The notes: a model not told the origin generated them from the letters alone. 64,000 nucleotides of DNA from Bdellovibrionales bacterium (GCA_041690295.1 JAWLHR010000007.1:32001-96000), one strand, 5' to 3'. Shown: positions 1-9,835, counted from the stretch's first letter. Translations and numbers: made by a program.

Positions 1-266
1 TTGAAGATTCCGCTAAATAGAAAAACTTTAGGACGGTTGAAGCCTAGAGCCAGAATTTCTTCCACCAGATCCACGCCGTTCATCCGCGGGAGCATGCAGT
101 CCACCATCAGAAGATGAAATTCCGTTCTTTGCGCCGCGGTCAGCGCTTGCACACTGGATTGGCACCACGTCACCGCGTATCCGGCGCGCTTGAAGATCTC
201 AGACAAGGCTTTGCCTTGAGTAGCGTCGTCGTCCACGACAAGGATGTGAATCCGGCTCTTCTTCAT
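1..266 (-). CDS. Response regulator, N-terminal receiver domain (truncated at the window edge)
   Basis: Manual translation gives MKKSRIHILVVDDDATQGKALSEIFKRAGY...LLMVDCMLPRMNGVDL...VFLFSG, with the acidic pocket, phospho-Asp, P-x-M-N-G and Ser of a REC domain. The frame runs off the window. Confidence 0.85.
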   Translation of the reverse strand, partial: MKKSRIHILVVDDDATQGKALSEIFKRAGYAVTWCQSSVQALTAAQRTEFHLLMVDCMLPRMNGVDLVEEILALGFNRPKVFLFSGIF

Positions 267-409
267 GATTCCAACTCATCGGAATTTCGCGGATTATTTT
301 GAACGGTTCGCGGCGATCCAACGCCCATCGTCAATGCCCGACCTGGTCTTGCGCCTGGGTTCGCCGAATGTGTATCTTTAGTCGAATATTCAGCTTGAGG
401 AGGACCTAA

Positions 410-739
410 ATGGCAGGAACACACACCACCCCTGTGACCGACGGAAGTTTTGAGAATGAGGTGTTAAAATCATCGATTCCGGTATTGGTCGACTTTTGGG
501 CGGAGTGGTGCGGCCCGTGCCGGGCCCTTGGTCCTAAACTTGAGGAAATCGCCCAGGAAATGAAGGACAAGGTCCGGATCGTTAAACTGAATGTGGATGA
601 AAACCCGACCATGCCGGCCAAATACGGTGTGCGGGGCATCCCCACGATGATCCTGTTCAAAGACGGCAAAGAAGTCGATCAAATCGTCGGCAATCACCCC
701 AAAGAAAACATCTTAGCTTTGCTTCAGAAGCACGCTTAG
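410..739 (+). CDS. trxA: Thioredoxin
   Basis: WCGPC active site, VLVDFWAEW and IPT cis-Pro motif; 109 aa; GGAGG RBS. Confidence 0.97.
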   Translation: MAGTHTTPVTDGSFENEVLKSSIPVLVDFWAEWCGPCRALGPKLEEIAQEMKDKVRIVKLNVDENPTMPAKYGVRGIPTMILFKDGKEVDQIVGNHPKENILALLQKHA

Positions 740-840
740 TGGAGTGATCGGGGTCACCCGCTGGCTGGTCCGCGCTTGAAAAAATGATTTTTATGGTCTT
801 TCAATGATTTCAGTGAATCACAACTGGGCCCGGGCACAGT

Positions 841-1647
841 TCATTTCAACGGGCGAACGGCCGTCATTGAAAACGTATTTGGAATTCGCGTCCGCTCCTC
901 ATCCGAAAGATGGGGGAATTCCTCCCAATACTTGTCCGGATATTCTTTAAGTTCTTTGAGAACAAGACCTGCCTGAATAAGGGAGTTAACAACTTCACCG
1001 AGCGGCCACGCGCGCTCATATTTCCTTTGTTGCTCCCTCACGTTGTCTTTGATTTTCCCGACGTAGGCTTCGGTCCAATCCTGACTTTCATAAGGTTCTT
1101 TGGAGAAATAACCTTTGTAGGCCGGATCGAGGGTTAATTTGTTCGCCGTGGTGTCGAACATGTAGGTGATGGGGTGGCCTTCAAATATAAAGAAAATTCC
1201 GCCGGGTTTGAGAAGCCGGAAGACCACTTTCGCCCAAAGGGAAATATCCATGATCCAGTTGATCGCCCCTTGGCCTGTGTAGACCAGATCGGCGGTCTCG
1301 TTCAAAGTTTCAGGAGTCTCCAAAACGTCGCAGGCGAACCACTTGGCATTGACGCCTAGTTTTTTCGTTTTCTCTTCAGCGACGGTGATCATTTCTTCGG
1401 CGATATCAACCCCGATCACCTCTTTAAAGCCGGCATTGAGAAAGGACAGCGTATCGGTGCCGCCCGCGCATTGCAGGTGGATGCAACGGCCGCGTTGGAT
1501 TTGGACTTTCGCCAAAAAATCCAATTCCGGTTTGAGTAGGCTGCTGCCTCCGGATTTCAGCAGCTCACAACTTTTTTCAATGGCTTCGCGATACTTCAAC
1601 GCGGCTTCGTTCCACGCCAAACGGTTTTGTTCATGAATTTTGCGCAT
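841..1647 (-). CDS. Class I SAM-dependent methyltransferase
   Basis: HLQCAGGTDTLS motif I, GVDI motif II and DLVYTGQGAINW..LLKPGG. Start placed at MRKIHEQN. Confidence 0.85.
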   Translation of the reverse strand: MRKIHEQNRLAWNEAALKYREAIEKSCELLKSGGSSLLKPELDFLAKVQIQRGRCIHLQCAGGTDTLSFLNAGFKEVIGVDIAEEMITVAEEKTKKLGVNAKWFACDVLETPETLNETADLVYTGQGAINWIMDISLWAKVVFRLLKPGGIFFIFEGHPITYMFDTTANKLTLDPAYKGYFSKEPYESQDWTEAYVGKIKDNVREQQRKYERAWPLGEVVNSLIQAGLVLKELKEYPDKYWEEFPHLSDEERTRIPNTFSMTAVRPLK

Positions 1648-1678
1648 AGGAGAAAGGTATACTTGTTGAGCCGCAACA

Positions 1679-1763
1679 GTCAGGCCCGGTACCGCTCTTT
1701 TACGCAATGTACAATGGGCGCCCATTGTACATTGCGTAAAGCTCCGCTCCTGTGCGGGCCGAC
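1679..1763. repeat. REP-like inverted repeat containing a perfect 42-bp palindrome (1699-1740)
   Basis: TTTACGCAATGTACAATGGGC|GCCCATTGTACATTGCGTAAA with no loop. Outer arms are GTCAGGCCCG and CGGGCCGAC. Confidence 0.8.
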
Positions 1764-1773
1764 GAAATTCGCC

Positions 1774-2919
1774 TCAAAATAAATACCTTCGGTACGCCAC
1801 CGATGAGATCAGACCGAGTCCGATCATCGTTGTCAGCATACTTGATCCGCCGTAGGAGAGCAGGGGCAGCGGCACCCCCACGATGGGCAGGATGCCAATC
1901 ACCATCCCCATGTTCACGAAGACGTGCCAGAACATGTAAGCCAGGACGCCGACCACCAGGAGCGCCCCGGCTTTTTCCCGCGCGTTGATGGCGATCCTTA
2001 TGCTCATCAAATACAAGATGATGAATAACCCCAGCGTGGTCACGCTGCCGATGAATCCATGCTCTTCGCTCAACACACTGAAAATAAAGTCGGTGTGGCG
2101 CTCGGGAAGAAATTCAAGTTGCGACTGTGTTCCTTTGCGAAAACCTTTACCCAGGATTTTTCCGCTACCCACCGCGATTTTGGATTGAATGGAGTTGTAT
2201 CCGGTCCCGCGCGGATCACGGCCCGGCGAGATGAAGGTGAGCACCCGGTTCTTCTGATATTCTTTAAGACCGAAATTCCAAACGATGGGAGCGGCCAGAG
2301 TGGTGACGATGGCGAGAAAAACCAGAATGGATCGGTTCACGCCGACAAACATCAATATGCTTCCCGAAATGGCGCACAAAAGCATCGCCGTTCCCAAATC
2401 CGGCTGTTTGGCGGTAAGGACGGCGGGAACCAAGGCCAGTCCGAGTGGCCAAGCCAGCTCAATCACACCCATTCCCGTGGTCTTTTCCCTTTGTGAAAGC
2501 ACTCGGGCCAAAACCAAAATCAAAACCAGTTTCATTGTTTCCGACGGCTGAAAGCGAAAAAACCCGAAATCCAGCCAGCGGGTCGCGCCCAGCGAAGTTT
2601 TGCCGAAAAACTCCACCGCCAACAAGGCCGCGAAGTTCAATCCATAAAGCACGAACGCCGAACGTATCAGCACCTTATAATCCAGCAAGGTGATACCCAG
2701 GTAAACCGCCCAACCGAGGCTCAACCAGGCCAGTTGCATCCAGAACAGATCCAATCTCCCTTTGGAGAATAAACCATGAGTGGCGCTGTAAAGATTGATC
2801 AGGCCGATCACGTTCAACGCCAAAATCACGAACGCGAAATTAAAATCCAGACGGGAGAGCAAGTTGCGCTCTTCCACTTGTAAACCCGAGCGGCCCATGA
2901 AGTCTGATCCGAGTTTCAT
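1774..2919 (-). CDS. rodA: Rod shape-determining protein RodA (SEDS)
   Basis: GATRW, FQPSE, QPDLGTA, PERHTDFIF and LSYGGSS motifs; lies downstream of PBP2. Confidence 0.96.
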   Translation of the reverse strand: MKLGSDFMGRSGLQVEERNLLSRLDFNFAFVILALNVIGLINLYSATHGLFSKGRLDLFWMQLAWLSLGWAVYLGITLLDYKVLIRSAFVLYGLNFAALLAVEFFGKTSLGATRWLDFGFFRFQPSETMKLVLILVLARVLSQREKTTGMGVIELAWPLGLALVPAVLTAKQPDLGTAMLLCAISGSILMFVGVNRSILVFLAIVTTLAAPIVWNFGLKEYQKNRVLTFISPGRDPRGTGYNSIQSKIAVGSGKILGKGFRKGTQSQLEFLPERHTDFIFSVLSEEHGFIGSVTTLGLFIILYLMSIRIAINAREKAGALLVVGVLAYMFWHVFVNMGMVIGILPIVGVPLPLLSYGGSSMLTTMIGLGLISSVAYRRYLF

Positions 2920-4925
2920 TCCGCCTCCTCGCGCACCGAAAGATCCACCGCCGGTGGTTGGGAAGCGGGCGCTTTTAAGCGGGCTTTCTTTTCCACCGCG
3001 GCTTTGATCAATTCCGGATGATATTTTTCAAAGTAGGCTTTGATAACATCGCGGCCGACCGGCGCGGCTCCGCGTGATCCCGAACACGAATGTTGCGCCA
3101 AAACCGCCACGGTGATTTCAGGATTTTGCACGGGCGCGAAAGCCACGAACCAACCATGATGACGCTGGAAAACAGGACGCGCGTCACAGCGATCATAAAT
3201 TTCATCGGCCGACCACGAACGAACCTGAGTGGTCCCCGTTTTGCCCGCCATTTCGATGCCGTCGATTCGCGCCCCGCGAGCCGTGCCCCGTTCTCCATGC
3301 ACCACCCGGCGCATGCCCTCTTTCACGGTTTTAAAATGCTCTTGTGGAATGATGACGCCGAATTCATTTTCCTGAGTGGCGTCTCTCAGCACCTCGGGCT
3401 CGAATTCCTGAAGGGTTTTGCTTTCCTGATTCAAAACGCGCTTAATGAGGAAAGGCTTCATCACCTTGCCATCAAGCGCGATCGAGTTGTACGCCATGGC
3501 CATTTGCAAGGCGGTAACCAGCACGAAACCTTGTCCGATCGCATTGCTTAGGTTTTCGCCCGGCTGCCACTCTTCACCTAACTTTTTCAGTTTCCACTCC
3601 GAAGTGGGAATGACACCGGAAACTTCATTGGACAAAGTGATATTGGATTTTTGTCCCAGACCGAGCAAGCGGGCATAGGGCGCGATCCGATCGATGGTCA
3701 GCTGAATGCCCATTTTATAAAAGAAAACGTTACTTGAAACTTCAAGGGCCTGCATCACGTTGATGTTCCCGTACCCGGAGCGGCTGTGATCGTGATAAAC
3801 GCGGCGGCCATACTTCAGCGCCGACGGAGCGTTGATATAGGTGTTGCGGGAAATCACTTTTTCCGAAAGGGCGGCGAGCGCCACGATGGGCTTGAATGTC
3901 GAACCCGGCATGAAGTGATCCTGGATCACTTTGTTGCGCAGGGGGCGGAACGGATCATTGATCAGCTTCGACCACACTTGAGGCGGGATTCCCGTCGAAA
4001 ATTCGTTCGGATCGTAGCTTGGCGTGGTGACCCAGGCGAGAATCTCGCCGTTAGAGCGCATGGCCACCATGCCACCGATGCGGGGGCCTATGCTGTCATT
4101 GCGATTCATCGCTTTGTACGCCGCTTCCTGAATGTCTTTGTCGATGGTTAAGACCAGATTGTTGCCGGGAAGAGCCGGCTGAGGTTTGAATCCATAGTAC
4201 AAACTGCTCTCGCCCGGAGCTTCACGCCCGCGGGCATCGACTTCAACAAACGAAACCCCGTCGCGTCCGCGGATGATCGGGTCGAAGGCTTCCTCCAGCC
4301 CGCTTTTACCGATGATATCGCCCTGTTCAAAAACCATTTTGCCGGCGAAGCGTTCATTGAGTCGGGTGAGCTGGTCTTTTGAGATTTCCGCCACATAGCC
4401 AAAAAGTTGCGCGCCATTGTGGGCAAGGCTGTAATACCTAAGGATCGATTCGTTGATATTCAGGCCCGGATTATCCCAACGCAGAAGTTTCAACTGGAAC
4501 ACTTCTGCCAGAGACAGGTTGTCCTTGATGCGAACAGCACGAAAGGGGCCGTCACGCCGCTGGCTCCGGCGCACATCTTCCACGATTTTCCGGGCCGGAA
4601 TATTGAGAACTTGGCCGACCTCTTCGGCGGTGGACTCAAGTTTTTTGGCGTACTGGGGAGAAATGGTGGCGTCAAAACCGGGAAGATTGTCGACCAGCAC
4701 GCGATTTTCGCGGTCCAAGAACAGGCCGCGCGGGGCGGGCAATTTGGTTTCTTTCACCCGATTCTTTTCGGAGTATTGGCGCAACTCCGTGCCCTGCAGA
4801 ATCTGCAAATACCAAAGACGGCCCACGATCAGCAGGCTCGCCATGGTGATCGCGGCGTAAAGCACCTTATATCGGGGCAGGTAGTCCTTGGCCTCGTCTT
4901 CAAATGACTGAACAAAATCCTTCAT
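2916..4925 (-). CDS. mrdA: Penicillin-binding protein 2
   Basis: APRG dimerisation domain; PGSTFK (SxxK), SSN (SxN) and GKTGT (KTG) motifs; mre/mrd operon context. Confidence 0.96.
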   Translation of the reverse strand: MKDFVQSFEDEAKDYLPRYKVLYAAITMASLLIVGRLWYLQILQGTELRQYSEKNRVKETKLPAPRGLFLDRENRVLVDNLPGFDATISPQYAKKLESTAEEVGQVLNIPARKIVEDVRRSQRRDGPFRAVRIKDNLSLAEVFQLKLLRWDNPGLNINESILRYYSLAHNGAQLFGYVAEISKDQLTRLNERFAGKMVFEQGDIIGKSGLEEAFDPIIRGRDGVSFVEVDARGREAPGESSLYYGFKPQPALPGNNLVLTIDKDIQEAAYKAMNRNDSIGPRIGGMVAMRSNGEILAWVTTPSYDPNEFSTGIPPQVWSKLINDPFRPLRNKVIQDHFMPGSTFKPIVALAALSEKVISRNTYINAPSALKYGRRVYHDHSRSGYGNINVMQALEVSSNVFFYKMGIQLTIDRIAPYARLLGLGQKSNITLSNEVSGVIPTSEWKLKKLGEEWQPGENLSNAIGQGFVLVTALQMAMAYNSIALDGKVMKPFLIKRVLNQESKTLQEFEPEVLRDATQENEFGVIIPQEHFKTVKEGMRRVVHGERGTARGARIDGIEMAGKTGTTQVRSWSADEIYDRCDARPVFQRHHGWFVAFAPVQNPEITVAVLAQHSCSGSRGAAPVGRDVIKAYFEKYHPELIKAAVEKKARLKAPASQPPAVDLSVREEAE

Positions 4926-5464
4926 CTTGGCCCTATATGATGTCCCTCAGCACCCGCGTCCTGCGCGGCCACCATGTCCACCAACTGATACAAACGATAA
5001 ATCGGAAAACTAAACAACATGGTCAAAAGCCCCGAAATCAGCCAATCAAAAATCTGTGGAACGCCCACGGGATTGGGCTCGAACCAACGGGACATCAACC
5101 AATAAAAAATCGGTGCGGCCATCGAGGCGGCGCCGACCATCAACATAAAAAATGTCGGTCCACCCCAATACACCCGTTCGCGAATCAAAACCAGGCTGAT
5201 CATCAGCATGAGGCTGAACACCAAGATGGCTCCCAAGGGAAACACCGTGAACGCCGAGTTGACGAGACTTAGCAGATAAACCATCAAGGTGGCTTCCCAA
5301 AGCGGGCGAGTCACGCTCATGTAAACCAAAACAATCAGCCAAAAAAGCGGCGGGGGGAAACTGCCGAAAAGCAAATACCAAAAGGATGATTGGAGTCCGT
5401 TGAGTACGGCGGCCACGATCAAGGCCAACAAAACGCTCAAAATCCAGTACCACGGGATCTTCAT
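4922..5464 (-). CDS. mreD: MreD-like membrane protein
   Basis: Hydrophobic 180-aa protein with about 5 TM segments, located between mreC and mrdA with ATGA overlaps. Confidence 0.7.
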   Translation of the reverse strand: MKIPWYWILSVLLALIVAAVLNGLQSSFWYLLFGSFPPPLFWLIVLVYMSVTRPLWEATLMVYLLSLVNSAFTVFPLGAILVFSLMLMISLVLIRERVYWGGPTFFMLMVGAASMAAPIFYWLMSRWFEPNPVGVPQIFDWLISGLLTMLFSFPIYRLYQLVDMVAAQDAGAEGHHIGPR

Positions 5465-6315
5465 TCTTCAGCCGCTCCCTGTTTGGGGGAAAGATCCTGA
5501 TGATTAGCGTTCAAAACGATAAAGATCTCCTCGAGATTCATCGGCTCCACCGCCGGTTTGACTTCCACTTCCTGGGTCATCCCGTAGCGGCTCTTGTCGA
5601 TGGACACCACGGTGCCGATGGGAAATCCCTTGGGGAACATGTTGAACATCCCGGACGAGACAACCAGGTCGCCCACTTTGACGTCATCGCTTCGCTTAAG
5701 GTGGCGAAGCCGGCAACTGCTCCGCGCCACACCCTCGATAAGTCCCCGGGCCCGCGATCTTTGGACAATCGCGTCAATTACCGCGTAGCTGTCCGTCAGG
5801 AGCAGAACCTGTGAGGAGTCATTCTCGACGCGGAATGTGTAACCCACAACGCCACCGATGGAGATCACGGCCATATTTTTCTGCACGCCATGATCAAGCC
5901 CCCGGTCGACCGTGATGGTGTTGTGATCGGGGAGAAGGTCTCGGGCGATCACCCGAGCCGCGAGCAGATTCATCTTCGAAGCCTGTTTGAATCCAAGAAG
6001 CTCACGCAATCTCTCGTTTTCCAGCTTCAGCTCGGTCAAAGCGCCCAGCTGGGCGTTCAATTCCGCGAGCTGCGTTTTGAGCATTTCATTTTGCTTTTTG
6101 ACCCCGATCAGATCCAGGTACATGGCCGTTGTGCCCCGTACACCGGAGCTGAACGAAGCGTAGCCTTGTTGCACGAGCGACGCGGTGAAACTGAAGGGTT
6201 TGGTGAACCAAAGCTCTTCTTCCGACTTTCGCTGCATGTTAATGGCGATCAGCGGAAGAACCACTAAAGCGATAATCAGAAAAACTTTGCGTAAATCAAA
6301 GGTGAAATAGTTCAT
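5461..6315 (-). CDS. mreC: Rod shape-determining protein MreC
   Basis: N-terminal TM, coiled coil ENERLRELL, ARVIARD, and VGDLVVSSG..FPKGFPIG. Confidence 0.95.
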   Translation of the reverse strand: MNYFTFDLRKVFLIIALVVLPLIAINMQRKSEEELWFTKPFSFTASLVQQGYASFSSGVRGTTAMYLDLIGVKKQNEMLKTQLAELNAQLGALTELKLENERLRELLGFKQASKMNLLAARVIARDLLPDHNTITVDRGLDHGVQKNMAVISIGGVVGYTFRVENDSSQVLLLTDSYAVIDAIVQRSRARGLIEGVARSSCRLRHLKRSDDVKVGDLVVSSGMFNMFPKGFPIGTVVSIDKSRYGMTQEVEVKPAVEPMNLEEIFIVLNANHQDLSPKQGAAEE

Positions 6316-6331
6316 CGCTATAAGGCTAACA
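6316..6331 (-). promoter_or_regulatory. Extended -10 (TGtTAGCCT) 7 nt before the mreC ATG; leaderless-type promoter
   Basis: TGn-TANNNT-N7-ATG with no SD sequence. Confidence 0.45.
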
Positions 6332-6401
6332 ATGTCCTTGAAAATTGCACGAAAAATTTGGAAGCTGAGTGCCGTTTTTCAACTCGGGAGTCAGGACGGT
6401 T

Positions 6402-7904
6402 ATGTTCAAAAAAATCAAGCTTGGGACGGGCGAGGACTTTTCTTTGAAAAAATGGGTGGCGGCTTTCTTGTTCGGTGCCATCATCGTGGTTTTCGCCCTG
6501 TGGGGAGTTCATCCGGACACCTATGGTGATCGCACGGGCGGCGTCGCTGCGGTGGTCAATGACGCTTCCATTTCCCTGGCCGAATACCGCAGCCGAGTGG
6601 AAATGGTGGAGCAGAACGCCCGAATGAATTTGGACCAATTTCCCGAGGAGCAACGCCGCCGCTTTTCCCAGGAACTTCGCCGCCGCGCGCTCGATGAGTT
6701 GATTTTGGGCGAGCTGATTTACCAGGAAGCGAGCAACCGCGGGGTGCGGGCCGCCGACAGCGAGATCCGGGATGTGATCTTGCAGATTCCTTTCTTGCAG
6801 GAAAACGGCCGTTTCCTTAAGGACCGGTACCGCAATTTCCTGGCGAGCCGCAATTTGAGCAGCGAAGATTTTGAGCACCAGTTGCGTAAGCAGATCGTCA
6901 CTCAAAAGGTCCAAGAACTTTTCCTCGGATCGGCGGCGCCGACCCGCGAGGAATTGAAAAGAAATCGATATTTAGCCAACCAAAAGGTGAACATTCGCTT
7001 TGTTGAGCTGTCCGACGACGATTTCCGCAAGCCCGGTTTCATCGATGCCGCGGAGGTCGCGGAATTTTTGAAGACAAAGAAAGCGGACGTCGAAAATTAC
7101 TATAACGACAACCGGATCGAGTTCACTTTTGAGGAGCGGGTGCGCGCGCGACACATCCTGATCCGCATTGATGAAAAACGCAACGAGGACGCGGCCAAGT
7201 CCTTGGCGGAGCAGTTGCACAAGCAGGCCACGCCGGCCAACTTCGCCAGCCTGGCCCGCAAGCACAGTGATGATCGCGGCTCACGTGATAAAGGCGGCGA
7301 CCTGGGTGAATTCACCCGTGGCCAAATGGTGCCCGAGTTCGAAACGGCGGCCTTCGCCATGAAGGATGGGGAAATCAGTCAGCCGGTGAAAACCAATTTC
7401 GGTTACCACCTGATTTACTTGGAAAAAAAGCTTCCGGCCGAAACTTTGCCCCTGTCTCAAGTTGAGAAAGATATCGCCCGCAAATTGCTGGTGAAAGCCA
7501 AGCAATCGGAAATCGTGAATCAATTGCGTTCCACCGTCGAAAGCGGCTCGAAGGCCCAGGTGGAAAAGCTGATTACCAAAGCGGGGGCCACTTGGACGAC
7601 CTCGGGCGAATTCGATTTGTCATCGCCCATGATTCCCAAGTTGGGCGAAAACAACCCGCTCTTGGCGGCGATCATCCGGACCGGCAAATCCGGCGGGCTG
7701 GTGAGGCAGCTGATCGAGCGAAACGGGCAATATCTGGTGGCCGAAGTGATCAGTTGGAAGGAAGATCGGGATCCAGGCGTGGAAGTGGAGGGCACCGACC
7801 GCATGGTGGCTTTTCGTAAAGCCAACGACATGATCGAAAATTGGTCGCGCGAAATTGAGACTCGTGCCAGTATTCAACGCAACCCCCGACTCAGTCAGTT
7901 TTAA
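6402..7904 (+). CDS. ppiD: PpiD-like membrane-anchored parvulin PPIase/chaperone
   Basis: N-terminal TM, SurA_N-like region and rotamase motifs RARHILI, FASLARKHSDD, GGDLG and FGYHLI. Confidence 0.88.
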   Translation: MFKKIKLGTGEDFSLKKWVAAFLFGAIIVVFALWGVHPDTYGDRTGGVAAVVNDASISLAEYRSRVEMVEQNARMNLDQFPEEQRRRFSQELRRRALDELILGELIYQEASNRGVRAADSEIRDVILQIPFLQENGRFLKDRYRNFLASRNLSSEDFEHQLRKQIVTQKVQELFLGSAAPTREELKRNRYLANQKVNIRFVELSDDDFRKPGFIDAAEVAEFLKTKKADVENYYNDNRIEFTFEERVRARHILIRIDEKRNEDAAKSLAEQLHKQATPANFASLARKHSDDRGSRDKGGDLGEFTRGQMVPEFETAAFAMKDGEISQPVKTNFGYHLIYLEKKLPAETLPLSQVEKDIARKLLVKAKQSEIVNQLRSTVESGSKAQVEKLITKAGATWTTSGEFDLSSPMIPKLGENNPLLAAIIRTGKSGGLVRQLIERNGQYLVAEVISWKEDRDPGVEVEGTDRMVAFRKANDMIENWSREIETRASIQRNPRLSQF

Positions 7905-7959
7905 ATCTCGAATTGAGACGGACCCCTATGGCTCAAGTTTAGAATCGGAAAGAAGGTTC

Positions 7960-7986
7960 TAACCCCGTCGGACGTTTGTCCGATAA
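7960..7986 (+). promoter_or_regulatory. Putative sigma28 (FliA) promoter
   Basis: TAAC-N15-TCCGATAA versus the consensus TAAA-N15-GCCGATAA. Confidence 0.55.
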
Positions 7987-8020
7987 GATTATAAGTAAGC
8001 GTAAGCATAGGGGATGTAGA

Positions 8021-9835
8021 TTGATTCGGCTTGCAGCCGCCTCTGTATTCTTGAATCTTTTGTTACCGACCATGGTTTTGGCGCAAAACTATGTGCCAGG
8101 CGAGGTCATCGTGCGGCTGAAAAGCGATTTTGGCTCACCTGACTCCTACGCTTTCCTCGGTAAAGCCGCTTCCGATAAACAAATGCAATTGAAAGAGCAG
8201 TGGGGCAAGTTCAACATGTACCACTTCGCTTTGCAGAAGGGCCAAACGGTCGAGCAAGCGGTGCAAGAGTTGAACGCCGATCCCAACGTGCTTTACGCCG
8301 AACCCAACTACTACCTGAGCAAGACCGACCAGGTCGGACTGCATCAGGTTTTCTCCGCTAGCGAGATCCAAGCCGCGGCGGTGGCTTCTCAGGGCTATCA
8401 AGCGACCGGCGCCGATATCGGCGTGCAATCCGTTTGGTCGGACTCTAGTGTGCCGGATCAAAAACCCATCGTGGCGGTGATCGACACCGGACTTGATCTT
8501 AATCACTATGTCTTCCGCGACACGCACGCGATTTGGACCAATCCCAATGAAATTCCCGGCAATGGCGTGGATGACGACGGCAACGGCTACATCGACGACG
8601 TGAACGGATGGAATTTCGTCACCAATTCCGGCGTCATGTTCGATGACGACGGGCACGGAACGCACGTGGCGGGAATTATTCTTGGCATCGATCAGAACAT
8701 CTACACCACCGAACTTCAGGAATCGCGCATTCAAATCATGCCGCTTAAGTTTTTGAACGGAAATGGCGTGGGAACCACTTCCAACGCGATCCGGGCGATT
8801 TATTATGCGGTTAATAACGGCGCCACCGTGCTGAATAATTCCTGGGGCGGAAACTCGTACAGCGCCGCCTTACATGAGGCGGTGGCCTACACCTACACAA
8901 AAGGCGCGTTGTTCGTGGCCGCGGCCGGCAATTCCGCCATGAATAACGATGCTGTTCCCATGTATCCCGCAAGCTATGACGTTCCCAATGTCATTTCAAT
9001 TTTGGCGACCACGGACTACGATTACAAAGCGTCGTTCTCCAATTACGGTCCCACCAGCGTGCATCTGGGAAGTCCGGGAGTTTATATTTTAAGTACGGTT
9101 CCCAATGATGCTTTTGGAACCTCGTCCGGGACCAGTATGGCGGCTCCCTTCGTCGCGGGAACCGCGGCGCTGATGAAAGTGGCTTCTCCTGAAATGCTGG
9201 GTTATCAGCTGAAATCCATTCTTATGAGCCAATATGCTCCCGTTTCCCAACTGGCCGGCCAGGTGGTGACCAGCGGCCGGTTAAGTTCGGCGGCGGCGGT
9301 GAGCTTCGCCAAGACCGCGGCGGTGGAGTCCAGCCAACCGGCCTACACTTTGTCCTATGGACGCGATCCGGATTTGGCCGCGAACATCGCGGGTGGCGGT
9401 GGCTGTGGAACCGTCCGCGCTCTCACGGATTCGCAAACTCCGTTTGGAACGGCGGGTGCGGTTGTGATCCTTTTACTATTGCCGATCGTGGTTTTACTGA
9501 TCATGAGATCTCGCGCGCCGGTGAATCGTCGTAAACATGAACGCTTCAAGATTCACAGTGATGTCCGCATCCATGTGGGCGGCCGCGAAATGATCGGCTC
9601 GATCAGCTCGATCTCCCTGGGCGGTGTGCAGGTGAATACATCCGCGCTCCTGCAGGACGGCGGATTGGTGACCATGGCGATTGCGTCACCGGACGGCGGC
9701 GAGCGCATCGAAGTCACCGGACGAATTGTGTGGTCCGAGGCCAACAAGGCCTATGGTGTGGCGTTCAACCAAGCGCCACAAAGCGTACTCACACGAATCG
9801 CCGATTGGACTCGCAACCTGCAAAAGGCCTCTTAA
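8021..9835 (+). CDS. S8 subtilisin-family serine protease with C-terminal TM helix and PilZ domain
   Basis: Signal peptide and prodomain VPGEVIV; triad VIDTG, HGTHVAG, GTSMAAP; GGGGCG followed by a TM; PilZ motifs RKHER and SISLGG. TTG start at 8021 after GGGGA (ORF open from 7976). Confidence 0.9.
   Translation: MIRLAAASVFLNLLLPTMVLAQNYVPGEVIVRLKSDFGSPDSYAFLGKAASDKQMQLKEQWGKFNMYHFALQKGQTVEQAVQELNADPNVLYAEPNYYLSKTDQVGLHQVFSASEIQAAAVASQGYQATGADIGVQSVWSDSSVPDQKPIVAVIDTGLDLNHYVFRDTHAIWTNPNEIPGNGVDDDGNGYIDDVNGWNFVTNSGVMFDDDGHGTHVAGIILGIDQNIYTTELQESRIQIMPLKFLNGNGVGTTSNAIRAIYYAVNNGATVLNNSWGGNSYSAALHEAVAYTYTKGALFVAAAGNSAMNNDAVPMYPASYDVPNVISILATTDYDYKASFSNYGPTSVHLGSPGVYILSTVPNDAFGTSSGTSMAAPFVAGTAALMKVASPEMLGYQLKSILMSQYAPVSQLAGQVVTSGRLSSAAAVSFAKTAAVESSQPAYTLSYGRDPDLAANIAGGGGCGTVRALTDSQTPFGTAGAVVILLLLPIVVLLIMRSRAPVNRRKHERFKIHSDVRIHVGGREMIGSISSISLGGVQVNTSALLQDGGLVTMAIASPDGGERIEVTGRIVWSEANKAYGVAFNQAPQSVLTRIADWTRNLQKAS

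Noticed and set aside
1648..1725. N-terminal extension of the methyltransferase in the ORF track
   Set aside because: Its ATG lies inside the palindrome, and the recognisable protein begins at MRKIHEQN (1647).
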